Source: Treponema sp. (GTDB lineage Bacteria > Spirochaetota > Spirochaetia > Treponematales > Breznakiellaceae). Taken from it: a DNA stretch of 51,152 nt. Below are positions 26,112-35,119 of this stretch, in pieces (within the stretch, counting starts at the first letter, position 1; every line of letters begins with the position of its first letter). Under the pieces are notes generated by a model. It was not told where the DNA came from, did not search any database, and saw only the letters and a program-made list of their open reading frames with translations. The translations under genes were made by a program, and so were the position numbers. The stretch is from NCBI GenBank assembly GCA_009777995.1, contig WRKT01000016.1:1-51152 (forward strand), read 5' to 3'.

Positions 26112-28199
26112 TTAATCTCCGCCATGCAGTATCTCTACTGCTTCCTCGGCAGAAGAAGCATTAATAACTGCTTCAGAAACACTTCTATCATCAAAAATAG
26201 TACTTAGGGCAGCAAGGAACTCAAGATGAGGCACAAAACCTTTTTTAGGTGAAACAGTAAGGATGAAGAGTCTTGATTTTTCCCCGTCCATGGATCCAAA
26301 ATCCACCCCTTCCTTTTTTATCCCCATTGCCACCCTAAGATCGTCAACACCGTCTGTTTTAGCATTCGGCATTGCAATAGAGTTAATCATTCCGGTATGA
26401 ATGGTTTTTTCTCTTTCTGTTACATCCTGTATAACCATATCTCGGTCAAGAACCATATCATTTGCAACAAGTATATCAACAAGTTCTGCAATTATCTCCT
26501 CTTCGTTCTCGCCTTTAAGATCGATTGAAGTACATTCACTTTTTATAAGTGAGAATAATGGCTGCGCCTTTCTCTTGCCCTGCTCCACAGGCTCCGAGTC
26601 TAATAATTCTTTTTTCATTTGAGCAGGATCAGATTTATCTTTTAAGAGGCGAATTGACTCATTTAATTCTACAATTACTTCAAAAACAGCGGTTTTTACA
26701 AAGGTCATATTTGCTTCAGCGCTTTCAATCGTAACATTATGCCCTTCCTCACGAATAGTAAGAGAAATATCTTCCTTGCGAGCCTGAGAAAGTCCATCCT
26801 CCACACTCATCACCTGAACATAAAAGCCTTCGTTTCTAAGATCGGTAAGAAGGGTATTTGTTACAAGATCAGCGATTTCCACCGTTGGGAACTCCCAAGT
26901 CATTGACGAAGAGCCATCGCCTCTGCTTTGCTTGCGCGTACCAGAGCCGGGAATTTTCAGCATGGATGTAAGGAAAAGAGGCGCTGCCAGAGTTGTAATA
27001 AGGATCATCAAAACAACAACTGCAAAAAGCTCATGATCCAAAATCCCCATTGCAAGAGCTATACCTGCAATTATCAGGGTCATCTCGCCCCTCGGTGACA
27101 TCCCTGCTCCGATGCGCAATGCACCCTTTAAGTTAAATCCCATTAATAGGGAGAAACCGCCACAGCCTGCAACCTTTGCAATTATAGCTGCAATTGAATA
27201 AAGGAATCCGAATATTAAAACTCGAGGTGTTATCAAGTCACGGATATTTACCATCATCCCCATAACTGCAAAGAAAACAGGTACAAGCAATTCGTAAATA
27301 CCTCTTAAGCGTTCTTCGATCACAGGTGCTATATCGGTCTTGGAAAAAGAAAGCCCTGCGATATATGCACCAATAATCATGGCAAGACCCTGCATCTCAA
27401 AAACCCCTGCAAGAATAAGGGCAATACTTAAAGCCAGGATGGAAAAGGCAAAGCTGTTATTAAAAAGTTTTAAGATAGATGCAAGCCTTCTTGAGATAAG
27501 TAAGCCAATGGCTACAGCTCCAAGACAGATACCGATGGTTCTGCCTGCATTGGCTAGGATGGTAGGAACCAAGCCGATTGTATGCCCGCCTCCCGAAATT
27601 ACTGCAGTTAATCCGAGCACTACCGTAAGCAAAATAATTGAATTAACATCATCAAAAACAGAAGTTGCAAGTATGGTTACACCTTCAGGAGTGTCCATTT
27701 TTTTCTGATCTGCTAAGTGACGGGCAATTATACCGAGTGAATTAGAGCTGATAAGCACCCCAAGAAACAAACACTTGGGATCCATGAAGGAAGTTTGAAA
27801 AAAAACCATGCCCATTAAGGCGCCTGCCGTAATAGAGACAATGACCCCGCCAATGCTGATAAGGCTTCCTGCAAGAGAATAGCGAAGGAAGAGCTTAAGA
27901 TTCGTTTCCAGGCCTGAGATGAAAAGAAGTACAACAGAGGCAATGGTGGCAAAGGCATTCAACTCTGCGCTGATTTCAAGTGAAGGCGGACCAAGGGGAA
28001 AAATGCCATGAGGAAAGCCGGGAAACGAAATCCCTCCAAGTGCGTATGGGCCAATAATTATCCCTGCAATTAACTCCCCAAGGACCTGCGGCACTCCTGC
28101 CTTCTTTGCAAGACGCCCAAAAACGCGCACTGCAAGAAGTAAAAGACCAAGTTGAAGAACAAAGAGAGAAGCATGCTGTGCACTAGATTCAAAGTCCAT
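26112..28199 (-). CDS. Cation:proton antiporter (CPA/Kef-NapA type) fused to C-terminal PTS EIIA(Ntr)/EIIA-2-like domain
   Basis: 695 aa. The N-terminal roughly 400 aa have 12-13 TM with a CPA-type start (AGVPQVLGELIAGIIIGPYALG). The C-terminal roughly 150 aa resemble a PTS_EIIA_2 fold (...IHTGMINSIAMPNAK...SRLFILTVSPKK...HLEFLAALSTIF). Confidence 0.7.
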   Translation of the reverse strand: MDFESSAQHASLFVLQLGLLLLAVRVFGRLAKKAGVPQVLGELIAGIIIGPYALGGISFPGFPHGIFPLGPPSLEISAELNAFATIASVVLLFISGLETNLKLFLRYSLAGSLISIGGVIVSITAGALMGMVFFQTSFMDPKCLFLGVLISSNSLGIIARHLADQKKMDTPEGVTILATSVFDDVNSIILLTVVLGLTAVISGGGHTIGLVPTILANAGRTIGICLGAVAIGLLISRRLASILKLFNNSFAFSILALSIALILAGVFEMQGLAMIIGAYIAGLSFSKTDIAPVIEERLRGIYELLVPVFFAVMGMMVNIRDLITPRVLIFGFLYSIAAIIAKVAGCGGFSLLMGFNLKGALRIGAGMSPRGEMTLIIAGIALAMGILDHELFAVVVLMILITTLAAPLFLTSMLKIPGSGTRKQSRGDGSSSMTWEFPTVEIADLVTNTLLTDLRNEGFYVQVMSVEDGLSQARKEDISLTIREEGHNVTIESAEANMTFVKTAVFEVIVELNESIRLLKDKSDPAQMKKELLDSEPVEQGKRKAQPLFSLIKSECTSIDLKGENEEEIIAELVDILVANDMVLDRDMVIQDVTEREKTIHTGMINSIAMPNAKTDGVDDLRVAMGIKKEGVDFGSMDGEKSRLFILTVSPKKGFVPHLEFLAALSTIFDDRSVSEAVINASSAEEAVEILHGGD

Positions 28200-28308
28200 A
28201 TAAAATGATACATTTTATCGATGAATTTATCAACATATACTGCCATACATACAAATTTAGACAAAGCAGAGTATTCATTAGACCTGCAAAATTTGTTATG
28301 CTTATATA

Positions 28309-29535
28309 ATGGTTATTAGAATGGATTCGCTAATCCAGGTTCTTGCCCAGGCCCTGGATCTTGTGGAAATTGCCTTAATAGGAGCAACAACCAACCACGG
28401 TAAACGGATTGCAGTTTTATGCTCGGCAATGGGGAGGAGGCTTGGTCTTCCCATTGAGGAGCTCTCGGACCTTGTTTCTTGTGCTCTGCTCCATGACAAT
28501 GCCTTGACCGAGTACATTTTACTTCAGCAGGGCCGTGAGGAAGATAACCCAAACCTGGGGACTCACTGTGCAATAGGTCAGAGCAACGCAGAAATTCTTC
28601 CATTCAATAAGAGCATTGAAGGCTTTATTCTTTATCACCACGAGAGGGCTGACGGACAGGGCCCCTTTGGTCTAAGCGAAGGTCACTTTCCTCTGCAGGC
28701 AGAGCTTATAGCAATATCTGACATGATAGACGCGGAGCGTCATCTTGAGAGTATTGCCACCGGAAGCCTGGTTGATTTACGGAAAAATATAGAAGCAGAA
28801 ATTCACAACCGTTTTACAGAACGTGCAGGAAATGCCTTACTTGATGTTTTTGACGAGAACATGCTTAGCTCCTTACGGAATGATAAAATAACAGAAACGA
28901 CAAATAATATGATTCCGGTCTGGACCAGAGATATGAATGATCCTGCCCTTGTGCCGTTTGCAGAGTTTATCTCACATATTATTGACCGGAAATCGATAAC
29001 TACGGGGACACATACCGAGCAGATTGCAAACCGCATCTGGTTGATGTCAGAGTTTTACGGCTATGACATGACCGAGAAAATAAAACTCTTCCTTGCTGCT
29101 GCCCTCCACGATATTGGCAAGCTTGCAATCCCATCCGAAATTCTTGAAAAACCGGGCAAACTAAATAAAGATGAATTTGGAGTCATAAAAAACCATGTAA
29201 GCAAAACACACTCACTCCTTAGTGAAATGGAAGGACTCGGTCTGATTACCGAATGGGCATCGAATCACCACGAAAAGCTTGACGGCTCAGGATATCCAAG
29301 AGGCTTAAAAGCCGATCAACTCGATTTTAACTCAAGGTTAATGACCTGCATCGATATTTACCAGGCTGTAAGCGAGAAGCGCCCATATCACTCGGGGCGT
29401 GATCATGGGGAGACGATGCTCATTTTAAGGGAGATGGCCGATGCAGGCAAAATCGATTCAGGGATCGTTAACGATATTGATAAGGTAATGGCAGAGTTGT
29501 CAGGGAGAAATCTGCCAAGGCCAAAATTAAACTAA
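28309..29535 (+). CDS. Tandem HD / HD-GYP domain phosphohydrolase (putative c-di-GMP phosphodiesterase)
   Basis: 408 aa. The second domain has the full HD-GYP signature (AALHDIGKLAIP...HHEKLDGSGYPRGL). The first domain has a degenerate version (LLHDNAL...HHERADGQGPFGL). Confidence 0.75.
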   Translation: MVIRMDSLIQVLAQALDLVEIALIGATTNHGKRIAVLCSAMGRRLGLPIEELSDLVSCALLHDNALTEYILLQQGREEDNPNLGTHCAIGQSNAEILPFNKSIEGFILYHHERADGQGPFGLSEGHFPLQAELIAISDMIDAERHLESIATGSLVDLRKNIEAEIHNRFTERAGNALLDVFDENMLSSLRNDKITETTNNMIPVWTRDMNDPALVPFAEFISHIIDRKSITTGTHTEQIANRIWLMSEFYGYDMTEKIKLFLAAALHDIGKLAIPSEILEKPGKLNKDEFGVIKNHVSKTHSLLSEMEGLGLITEWASNHHEKLDGSGYPRGLKADQLDFNSRLMTCIDIYQAVSEKRPYHSGRDHGETMLILREMADAGKIDSGIVNDIDKVMAELSGRNLPRPKLN

Positions 29536-29826
29536 TACTTTCTTTTTATGAAATGCGGAAGGAACAAGTCTATAAGCTTCTTTTTTGTCAATTTTAGTTA
29601 CATATCTTGTTGCAATGCGTTCACCGCAGCCGGGGCAGAATATTGCCCCATGGAAAAGAGAGAAATCAATGCTCCCTGAGATAATTCTATCGTTATACAT
29701 TTTTACGAAATTACTCGTACCGACTTTTTGATATCTTGCAATGAAACACTTACAGTAAGCACAGCTCACTTCAAGGATATGGCTTCCCTTTATTTTTTTG
29801 CAATTCGGGTTTTCATGTATCTTCAT
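29527..29826 (-). CDS. Small Cys-rich (zinc-ribbon-like) protein at 3' end of ABC importer operon
   Basis: 99 aa. CxxC pairs (CAYCKC, CPGCGE). Overlaps the permease gene by 14 nt. No family assignable. Confidence 0.4.
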   Translation of the reverse strand: MKIHENPNCKKIKGSHILEVSCAYCKCFIARYQKVGTSNFVKMYNDRIISGSIDFSLFHGAIFCPGCGERIATRYVTKIDKKEAYRLVPSAFHKKKVLV

Positions 29827-31519
29827 GAGCTAATTTCGTGCCTCGCCCGTAAACAACATAAAGCACTAAACCTGAGATGACCATCATCATTACAGCATAA
29901 ACAAAGGTAATTGCAGTATTGTCTGCTGTAGCGGTATCGGCTATGGTCAAGTTCTGTATTTGTACTCCCAAAGGCAATTGGAGTGGATGGTATAATAATA
30001 CGGACATATCAAATTCGGTTAGAAGGCCATTAAAGTTTAGTGCGAAGACTGCAAGCATGGTCGGTAAAATAATTGGAAGTATTACTCTAAAGAATGTATA
30101 CAAGGTCTTAGCTCCAAGATTTTTTGCGGCATCTTCCAGGGCATCGTCTATTGCAAAGAAGGCTGCTCTTGTTATTCGCAAGGTAAAGGGTATGCGTATT
30201 ATTAAATAGCCAAGGATCATTATGAAAATGGAGCCTGTTAATACACGGTTGAGCATGAACCAGCGGGGCATATTATAAGTAGTAATTAACCCAAGAGCAA
30301 TCAGCATATTAGGCAATAACCAGGGTATCATCAATGTATATTCAATAAATGTACTTACCTTATTCTTAAACTTCGTTATTATACGGCAGACAGTCACCAC
30401 AAGAATTGCAGCACCAAGGGCGGCTGAAAACGAGAACATCAAACTTACAAGCACCGGCCTTAACGAACGCATATTCGTGAAAACATTAATATAGTTTTCA
30501 AGAGTAAAACTGCTTAACCTTAATTGCCCTGTTGCGATGGTCGGAGCATCGGTAAAGGAAAAAATAATAACTGCGATAACAGGTGCAACATAGATAAGAA
30601 AAAGACCGTAAGCATAAATATGTATCAATATATTCAATACCGGGTTATTTATCTTTTGCTTAATTATATTGGTTTTTACCTTGGATACAGAGAGATAATA
30701 ACCTCTTTTTTCCAACTGTGCTAAAATTCCAATCAGAGCTAGGGATGCAAGGCCAAGGATCATTGCCATAAAAACTGCAAGATCACGAGAACCTTGCATT
30801 CTTGAAAATGAAATAATCATCGGACTGATTGTTTGAAAGTTTCTGCCCCCAACAAGCAGGGGAGCAGAAGTCGCACCAAGGCCTGTAAGAAAGGTGAAGG
30901 TCGTAACTGCAAGCAGGGAAGGAGTCAGAACAGGAAGAACAACCCGCCTTAGAATTGTAAGCTGATTTGCTCCGAGGTTTTTAGCTGCCTCGATGGTTTG
31001 GAAATCCACTGCTCTCATTGCACTTCGCAGGAAGATCATGTGATTGCCTGTGGTGGCAAAGGTCATAACAAAAAGAACTGCCCAAAAACCTTCAAACCAT
31101 CCTGTATTAAAATTGGCAAAAATAGCGGCAAGGGTATTTGTAAAAAACCCTCCATGGCCGTATAAAAAACGATAACCTGAAACTAGAATTATTCCGCCAT
31201 AAATAAGGGTTGTCATATAACCATGGCGTAATATTTTTGATCCCCTGATACGGAAGTATTCAGTAATAAAAACTAAGCTTACCCCCACAAAACCGACTGT
31301 TATTGAAAGTATGGGTGCAAGAAGAAAACTATTTCGAAGGCTGTTAACAGCACGTTCAGAGTTGAACACACGGTCAATAGCCCTCATGGTAAATGAGCCA
31401 TTCTGCCAAAAGACAGAAAGGGCGGCATTTAAATTGGGAACAATTAGAAAGACAGTTATAAACCATAAAAGACAGGTATAAAGCAGACCCAGAATAATTT
31501 TCGACCTGGTAAGTTTCAT
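29813..31519 (-). CDS. ABC transporter permease, fused double-TMD (FbpB/ThiP-like)
   Basis: 568 aa with two tandem permease domains, each with an EAA-like loop (EAAKNLGANQL and DALEDAAKNLGAKTL). Confidence 0.8.
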   Translation of the reverse strand: MKLTRSKIILGLLYTCLLWFITVFLIVPNLNAALSVFWQNGSFTMRAIDRVFNSERAVNSLRNSFLLAPILSITVGFVGVSLVFITEYFRIRGSKILRHGYMTTLIYGGIILVSGYRFLYGHGGFFTNTLAAIFANFNTGWFEGFWAVLFVMTFATTGNHMIFLRSAMRAVDFQTIEAAKNLGANQLTILRRVVLPVLTPSLLAVTTFTFLTGLGATSAPLLVGGRNFQTISPMIISFSRMQGSRDLAVFMAMILGLASLALIGILAQLEKRGYYLSVSKVKTNIIKQKINNPVLNILIHIYAYGLFLIYVAPVIAVIIFSFTDAPTIATGQLRLSSFTLENYINVFTNMRSLRPVLVSLMFSFSAALGAAILVVTVCRIITKFKNKVSTFIEYTLMIPWLLPNMLIALGLITTYNMPRWFMLNRVLTGSIFIMILGYLIIRIPFTLRITRAAFFAIDDALEDAAKNLGAKTLYTFFRVILPIILPTMLAVFALNFNGLLTEFDMSVLLYHPLQLPLGVQIQNLTIADTATADNTAITFVYAVMMMVISGLVLYVVYGRGTKLAHEDT

Positions 31520-31521
31520 AA

Positions 31522-32520
31522 TTAATACCGCATTAAATGATCAGGGTCAAAACTAAGATTTACCTGTTCTCCCATCTTATAAAGAGGAGTGCCGCTGTTT
31601 TTCTCAATTACTTTAATTAGCTCCCCTGAAGCATTTAAAGTATACTTTATATAAAGCCCGTAATACTCAAAATTCTCTACGACAGCGGAACAGGAAAGAT
31701 GGTTCGCCTTTTTGTCGTTTACATGCATCCTCTCGAGGCGGATATAGCTGTTTTTTCCATTCCCTGTATCACCTGCACCGACTCGGCTAAGGAAATTATC
31801 ACTTAACTTATTAATATCTCCAATAAAGTTACAGACGAATTCAGTAGCCGAATGGTTATAGATTTCGTCCGGCGCACCGATCTGCTCAATGCTTCCATGG
31901 TTAAAAACTGCGATGCGATCCGAAAGGGTTAGGGCCTCTTCCTGATCATGGGTCACATAAATTGTGGTAATTCCGAATCTACGCTGTAACTCTTTCAGCT
32001 CGTTCCTAAGCTGAACACGCAGCTTAGCATCCAAATTTGAAAGCGGTTCATCAAGACATATAATGGAAGGAGATGTAACAAGTGCCCTTGCAATTGCAAC
32101 ACGCTGCTGCTGTCCTCCTGAAAGTTGACTGACTTTTTTGTTTAACTGCTCACTTTCAAGCTCTACCTTTTGTGAGATTTCATCGACCTTCATCTTGATT
32201 TCAGCTTTTGGAAGTTTCTTTACTCTTAAACCAAAGGCGATGTTTTCGAAAACACTCATTGTGGGGAATAAGGCATAGCTCTGGAAAACCATGCCAATAT
32301 TCCGCCTCTCAATTTCCAAGTAGGTGATATCCTTCCCGTCAACCGTAACAGTGCCATGATCGGGATGTAAAAACCCGGTTAAAGTCCGCAGGGTGGTGGT
32401 TTTTCCGCAACCGGAAGGTCCAAGGAGGGTAAAGAATTCCCCCTCAAGGACCTCTAGGCTGATTTTTTTTAAAGCAATAAAATCTCCAAATTTTATTTGG
32501 ATATCTTTTAGAACAATCAC
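31522..32520 (-). CDS. ABC transporter ATP-binding protein with C-terminal TOBE domain (FbpC/PotA-like)
   Basis: 332 aa. Walker A GPSGCGKTT, signature LSGGQQQRVAIARAL, Walker B ICLDEP, plus a roughly 100 aa C-terminal extension. Confidence 0.85.
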   Translation of the reverse strand: MIVLKDIQIKFGDFIALKKISLEVLEGEFFTLLGPSGCGKTTTLRTLTGFLHPDHGTVTVDGKDITYLEIERRNIGMVFQSYALFPTMSVFENIAFGLRVKKLPKAEIKMKVDEISQKVELESEQLNKKVSQLSGGQQQRVAIARALVTSPSIICLDEPLSNLDAKLRVQLRNELKELQRRFGITTIYVTHDQEEALTLSDRIAVFNHGSIEQIGAPDEIYNHSATEFVCNFIGDINKLSDNFLSRVGAGDTGNGKNSYIRLERMHVNDKKANHLSCSAVVENFEYYGLYIKYTLNASGELIKVIEKNSGTPLYKMGEQVNLSFDPDHLMRY

Positions 32521-32537
32521 ATTAACGCCGTTTATGT

Positions 32538-33539
32538 TTAGGGCATTATGTTCAGATAAATATGCTCACACCATTCGTCAATCCTTGCAGATACAACAGT
32601 CCAGTCTATATCTTGCACAGGCAGGCCCTCGAATCTTGGGTCAGGGTCAAAGAGCCTTAGGGCGTACTGTTTTTCAGGATTGAACCAGTCAAGGAAGCGC
32701 TGGGCCTCTCTGATATTCGTATTATTGTTTGCAAGGGCCACTGCTTCTATTACCTGAGGTACACCTACGGCCGGAAGCGCATAGCCTGCAGTAACACCAT
32801 ACTGTATCTCTCTTGAAAGGATGCCGTTACAGTGGAGCTGTCCCATTACAACATCATTATTTGTGTTGACCATTTGAGCAAATAAATCAGCAGCACCTGT
32901 ATTAGGTACGCCGTGTGCATAGAAGGCACGAATCTCGTTCCATCCTTGTTCGGATACGCCAAGGTATCCTCTCGGGTCAAGATGACGGCCAAGAATGCCT
33001 GCAATTACCATGCGGGTTGTGCCGCCTGTTAGGGCAGTTTCATATTGATAACGGCCATGGAAGCGGGGGTCTCTCCACAGATCAGGCCAATCTCTGGGAG
33101 CCTGAGCGGGGGGCATCTGCCCTGCATCGTATGTAAGTAAGATTGAAGTTGTGTTGAAAGCGTGATAATAGCCGTCTCTATGATTCAGTCCGGGTTGTAC
33201 TTGGCCTGCCCATACAGGGACATAGGGCGTAAGCGCATCATTCTCTATTAAGGATGCCCGCAAAAACACATTTAAACCATAAACTATATTAGCAACCGGA
33301 TTATGCCTCTCGGCAATGATCCTATCGGTAATAGCTCCACCCCCTGCGAACACCGCCACAAGGTTAAAGCCATCTTCGGCTGCCATTGCAGCAAGCCTGT
33401 CCATGGTATCTTGGTTTGAGTTGGAGTATATATAGATTGTAGAACCCCTCTCTCCCCCATCCTGTTGCTGAGACCTGCCGCCCGCAAAAAGTGAGCCGGC
33501 AATAATCAGACAAAATAGCAAAATAATACCTTTTTTCAT
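32538..33539 (-). CDS. ABC transporter periplasmic substrate-binding protein (Fe3+-type by operon architecture)
   Basis: 333 aa. Signal peptide MKKGIILLFCLIIAGSLFAGG; family-1 SBP size. The Fe3+ assignment is inferred from the fused permease and TOBE ATPase. Thiamine or another substrate is not excluded. Confidence 0.55.
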   Translation of the reverse strand: MKKGIILLFCLIIAGSLFAGGRSQQQDGGERGSTIYIYSNSNQDTMDRLAAMAAEDGFNLVAVFAGGGAITDRIIAERHNPVANIVYGLNVFLRASLIENDALTPYVPVWAGQVQPGLNHRDGYYHAFNTTSILLTYDAGQMPPAQAPRDWPDLWRDPRFHGRYQYETALTGGTTRMVIAGILGRHLDPRGYLGVSEQGWNEIRAFYAHGVPNTGAADLFAQMVNTNNDVVMGQLHCNGILSREIQYGVTAGYALPAVGVPQVIEAVALANNNTNIREAQRFLDWFNPEKQYALRLFDPDPRFEGLPVQDIDWTVVSARIDEWCEHIYLNIMP

Positions 33540-33587
33540 ATAAAAGTCTCCTTACTGTAGATGTGAACAGTTTATGAAAAAAGAGGA

Positions 33588-34019
33588 CTATTTGTCAAGA
33601 TTTTCCTGCTGTGAGTGTTGTGCCATTATAACCCTATGCTTGGTAATTTCCGCAATCAAATCGTAATCTATCGGCCTATCAAGGGGAAACTGAATTGCAC
33701 CCTTTGTTGTTTTATAGGATGCAAGCTGCTTTTCAAATGGGAGCTTACCAAGATCCCCCGGATAAATACCCACATGCTTTTTAAATGCTGCGAAATGAAT
33801 CAAGTTCTCCCCCAGCCAAAAGGTGGGCATACTCCAGGAAATTTTCTCAACTGCCTTTGGTGCGGCTTTCTTAATCGTTTTACGAATCTTTTCCAGAATT
33901 GGACGGACTTCTTCCGCTTGAGCAGCAATATACTCGTCAATGTCCGATATCGTATCACTGCAATAATGGCTTTGGTTTTGCGCCTTAAAGTCTCTTCCGC
34001 ATTTAGGACACTGCCACAT
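33588..34019 (-). CDS. DUF1801 (YdhG-like) domain protein
   Basis: 143 aa. N-terminal CPKCGRDF...HYC zinc-binding knuckle, then a YdhG-like region (EEVRPILEKIRKTIKKAAPKAVEKISWSMPTFWLGENLIHFAAFKKHVGIYP). Confidence 0.5.
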   Translation of the reverse strand: MWQCPKCGRDFKAQNQSHYCSDTISDIDEYIAAQAEEVRPILEKIRKTIKKAAPKAVEKISWSMPTFWLGENLIHFAAFKKHVGIYPGDLGKLPFEKQLASYKTTKGAIQFPLDRPIDYDLIAEITKHRVIMAQHSQQENLDK

Positions 34020-34022
34020 TAT

Positions 34023-35027
34023 CTAATCCTTTTCCTTAAGTAATGCATCGTTATTGAGCACTTTGAACGAAGTTGCTTTGGGGGCCATCAAGTCGCGTAC
34101 CACGATGCCTTCTTTATCAAGGCCGCTTGGATATTTTCCCCTTGCCTTTTCAAGCAATTCTTCGAGATTATAGGCAAATTTTTCTCCCTGCTCTTCCAAT
34201 GGAACAATAGAAAGCCCAAGGTCTTTACAAACCTTGCAGGCCTCTTCATAGGGCAAATACTTATTTGAATCCCAATCCTTAACATCAAAAACAAACCATT
34301 CAATTTCGGCCATGCGCAGCTTATTTTTCTGGATCCCGGGGCCGCAAATTTCGCCTGTCAAGACCAGATTTTTTCCATAATTTGCCAATTTCTCTTTTAA
34401 ACCATATTTATAAACGGGAAGCCAATATAGAGCGCCTTCTTCGTCTTTAATTTCCTTATTTCTGCTGCAACAGCCTATTTCCCCATCAATATAATAAACT
34501 ATGCCTGACGTTCCATCCATTTTTGTCGTGATATAATAGGGTTTCCCGCTTAACTTTTCCAATAATTCCGGCTCCGACTGTATACGAATTTCATCGGAAG
34601 CAGGAATTCCGTGGGGGCGCTCCCCGATTATGGTCCCTCCGGGATTTGAGGTTTCAGGGATATACCATTTTTTTACATTGAGCTTTTCAGTAACATCTAC
34701 ACCCTCCCCCGCTCCCACCAGCTCAGGGAATTTTTCAAGGGGAAGCAATAGACCCTGAGAAAGCTGCCCTCGCATTTTAGCAGTACGGATTCTGAAGCCT
34801 TTGCCATTATCTTCATTATCCCGGTATGACGAATTGCGCAAAAATTCATACCTCTCATCTTCAGGCAAAAAGCTGTCTACTTCAAAGTAAACTCCAAGGT
34901 CGCCTTCCTTAAACTCACCCTTTTTTGCAACACATTGCCATCCAAGTACATGGGCAAGCTCCAGAAAATCAGAATCGGGAATGGTGCTTATCATCTTTAC
35001 TCTTTGTATCGTAACCAATGAACGCAT
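34023..35027 (-). CDS. ATP-dependent RNA ligase, Rnl5 family (DraRnl/NgrRnl-like)
   Basis: 334 aa. Adenylyltransferase motif I KMDGTS, with the Lys at about residue 170, is consistent with the reported position in NgrRnl/DraRnl. The N-terminal domain (VTIQRV...GWQCVAKKGEFKEGDLGVYFEVDSF...RIRTAKMRGQLSQGLLLPLEKFPEL) matches, as I recall it, the distinctive N-terminal module of that family. Confidence 0.7.
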   Translation of the reverse strand: MRSLVTIQRVKMISTIPDSDFLELAHVLGWQCVAKKGEFKEGDLGVYFEVDSFLPEDERYEFLRNSSYRDNEDNGKGFRIRTAKMRGQLSQGLLLPLEKFPELVGAGEGVDVTEKLNVKKWYIPETSNPGGTIIGERPHGIPASDEIRIQSEPELLEKLSGKPYYITTKMDGTSGIVYYIDGEIGCCSRNKEIKDEEGALYWLPVYKYGLKEKLANYGKNLVLTGEICGPGIQKNKLRMAEIEWFVFDVKDWDSNKYLPYEEACKVCKDLGLSIVPLEEQGEKFAYNLEELLEKARGKYPSGLDKEGIVVRDLMAPKATSFKVLNNDALLKEKD

Positions 35028-35119
35028 AGCATCCTCCTTACATAGAATTTTTAACTATTATATGATATAGTATTATAAAAAGATATGGTTAGAATATTAA
35101 TAGCTCAAAGGAGGAGTAA

